A stretch of DNA of 32,369 nt from Saprolegnia diclina VS20 (Eukaryota): assembly GCF_000281045.1 (NCBI RefSeq), contig NW_008246100.1, positions 108,711 through 141,079 of the forward strand, read 5' to 3'. Each line of letters begins with the position of its first letter. The stretch's first letter is position 1. The position numbers were made by a program, and so were the translations under genes. Below the pieces are notes generated by a model. The model did not search any database, was not told where the DNA came from, and was given only the letters and a program-made list of their open reading frames with translations. This document shows positions 32,199-32,369 of the stretch, one piece after another.

Positions 32199-32369
32199 GC
32201 CGTGCAAGCGATGTGCGAAACGAGCCGACGGCAGTTGGGGCTCATAAAAAGCGGATCTGCCGACACAATGTAGGTTTTACCTTGAGCTTTGTATAGTGAG
32301 GTGGCAGCCAGCCCGAAGAGTATTAAGCACTTGCTTCCAGTATAGAACAACCCGGCCGCTTGGGCTCCC

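Noticed and set aside
31631..32207. ORFs near the right end as a transposase or other gene
   Set aside because: Non-ATG starts, no recognisable domain and atypical codon usage.

Overview
Gene-dense, GC-rich eukaryotic DNA with very short GT-AG introns (mostly 42-55 nt, usually ending TAG). The gene content (GH6 cellulase, GH17 glucanase with a PTPA stalk, type II ferlin) and intron style suggest an oomycete, probably Saprolegniales; this is inferred, not searched. About 13 protein genes are supportable: GTPBP1/2-like GTPase, CCDC177-like coiled-coil protein, an EF-hand/SAM/FN3/TM/FN3/zinc-finger membrane protein, mitochondrial FAD glycerol-3-phosphate dehydrogenase, aprataxin, a pore-less voltage-sensor-like protein, a Yip1 protein, GH17, SulP-STAS transporter, homoserine O-acetyltransferase, hypothetical proteins, ferlin and GH6. 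Three things stand out. (1) The 6258-7939 protein has a luminal EF-SAM module closely resembling STIM1, but its cytosolic part is FN3 plus a FYVE-like zinc finger instead of the Orai-gating coiled coils. (2) A near-perfect 401-bp inverted repeat (10941-11341 / 11477-11877) surrounds a 135-bp spacer with symmetric CCAAT boxes, and each arm may hold a spliced ~73-aa micro-gene. (3) A stand-alone S1-S4 voltage-sensor-like protein lies at 13055-13868. No rRNA, tRNA, CRISPR array or intact transposase was recognised. Exon boundaries were inferred by eye.
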